Shown here one piece after another: positions 63,853 through 64,000 of a stretch of 64,000 nt of DNA. Origin of the DNA: Psilocybe cubensis (Eukaryota). The position numbers and the translations under genes were made by a program. Under the pieces are notes generated by a model. It made no database searches. It was not told the origin of the DNA and saw only the letters and a list, made by a program, of their open reading frames with translations. The DNA lies in assembly GCA_017499595.2 (NCBI GenBank), contig CM039009.1, positions 1,240,001-1,304,000 of the forward strand, read 5' to 3'. The number at the start of each line of letters is the position of its first letter. Within the stretch, counting starts at the first letter, position 1.

Positions 63853-64000
63853 CCTGTGTGGGCGATCGTTTACGGTTAGCAAATGCCCATTTGTGGATAA
63901 ATCAAGGTGAAGAAATGTTTTGTTGGGCGAGAAAAATTGAAGTGCCGGGAGGGTATGTACAGGAGCTTGGAAGGAGTAATGAATGAAATCAAGCCAATGC

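Noticed and set aside
63015-63986. 323-aa + strand ORF
   Set aside because: Antisense shadow of the - strand membrane-protein gene, with no independent support.

Overview
Eukaryotic, intron-rich fungal DNA. The ~50-60 nt GT-AG introns, class I hydrophobins, DUF6699-like gene and F-box expansions point to an agaricomycete (mushroom-forming basidiomycete); this is inference. About 20 protein-coding genes can be reconstructed by hand: a hydantoinase-A-only 5-oxoprolinase, two tandem hydrophobins, BET2 (Rab GGTase beta), seven genes with F-box-like motifs, a microexon-rich APC permease, an AlkB-type dioxygenase, an M28 peptidase, SUMO and several large disordered proteins. The most unusual structure is a sharply bounded ~15 kb island (~12.8-27.8 kb). 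In it introns, intergenic DNA and even synonymous codon positions are saturated with microsatellites and oscillate between C/A-rich and G/T-rich blocks, and in BET2 this oscillation is in phase with the exons. The island is bordered on the left by a GTCGAC-palindrome minisatellite. On the right lies a 1515-bp non-autonomous TIR transposon (31-bp TIRs, GTG target duplication) that carries tandemly duplicated exon+intron units. All coordinates were counted by hand and no database searches were run.
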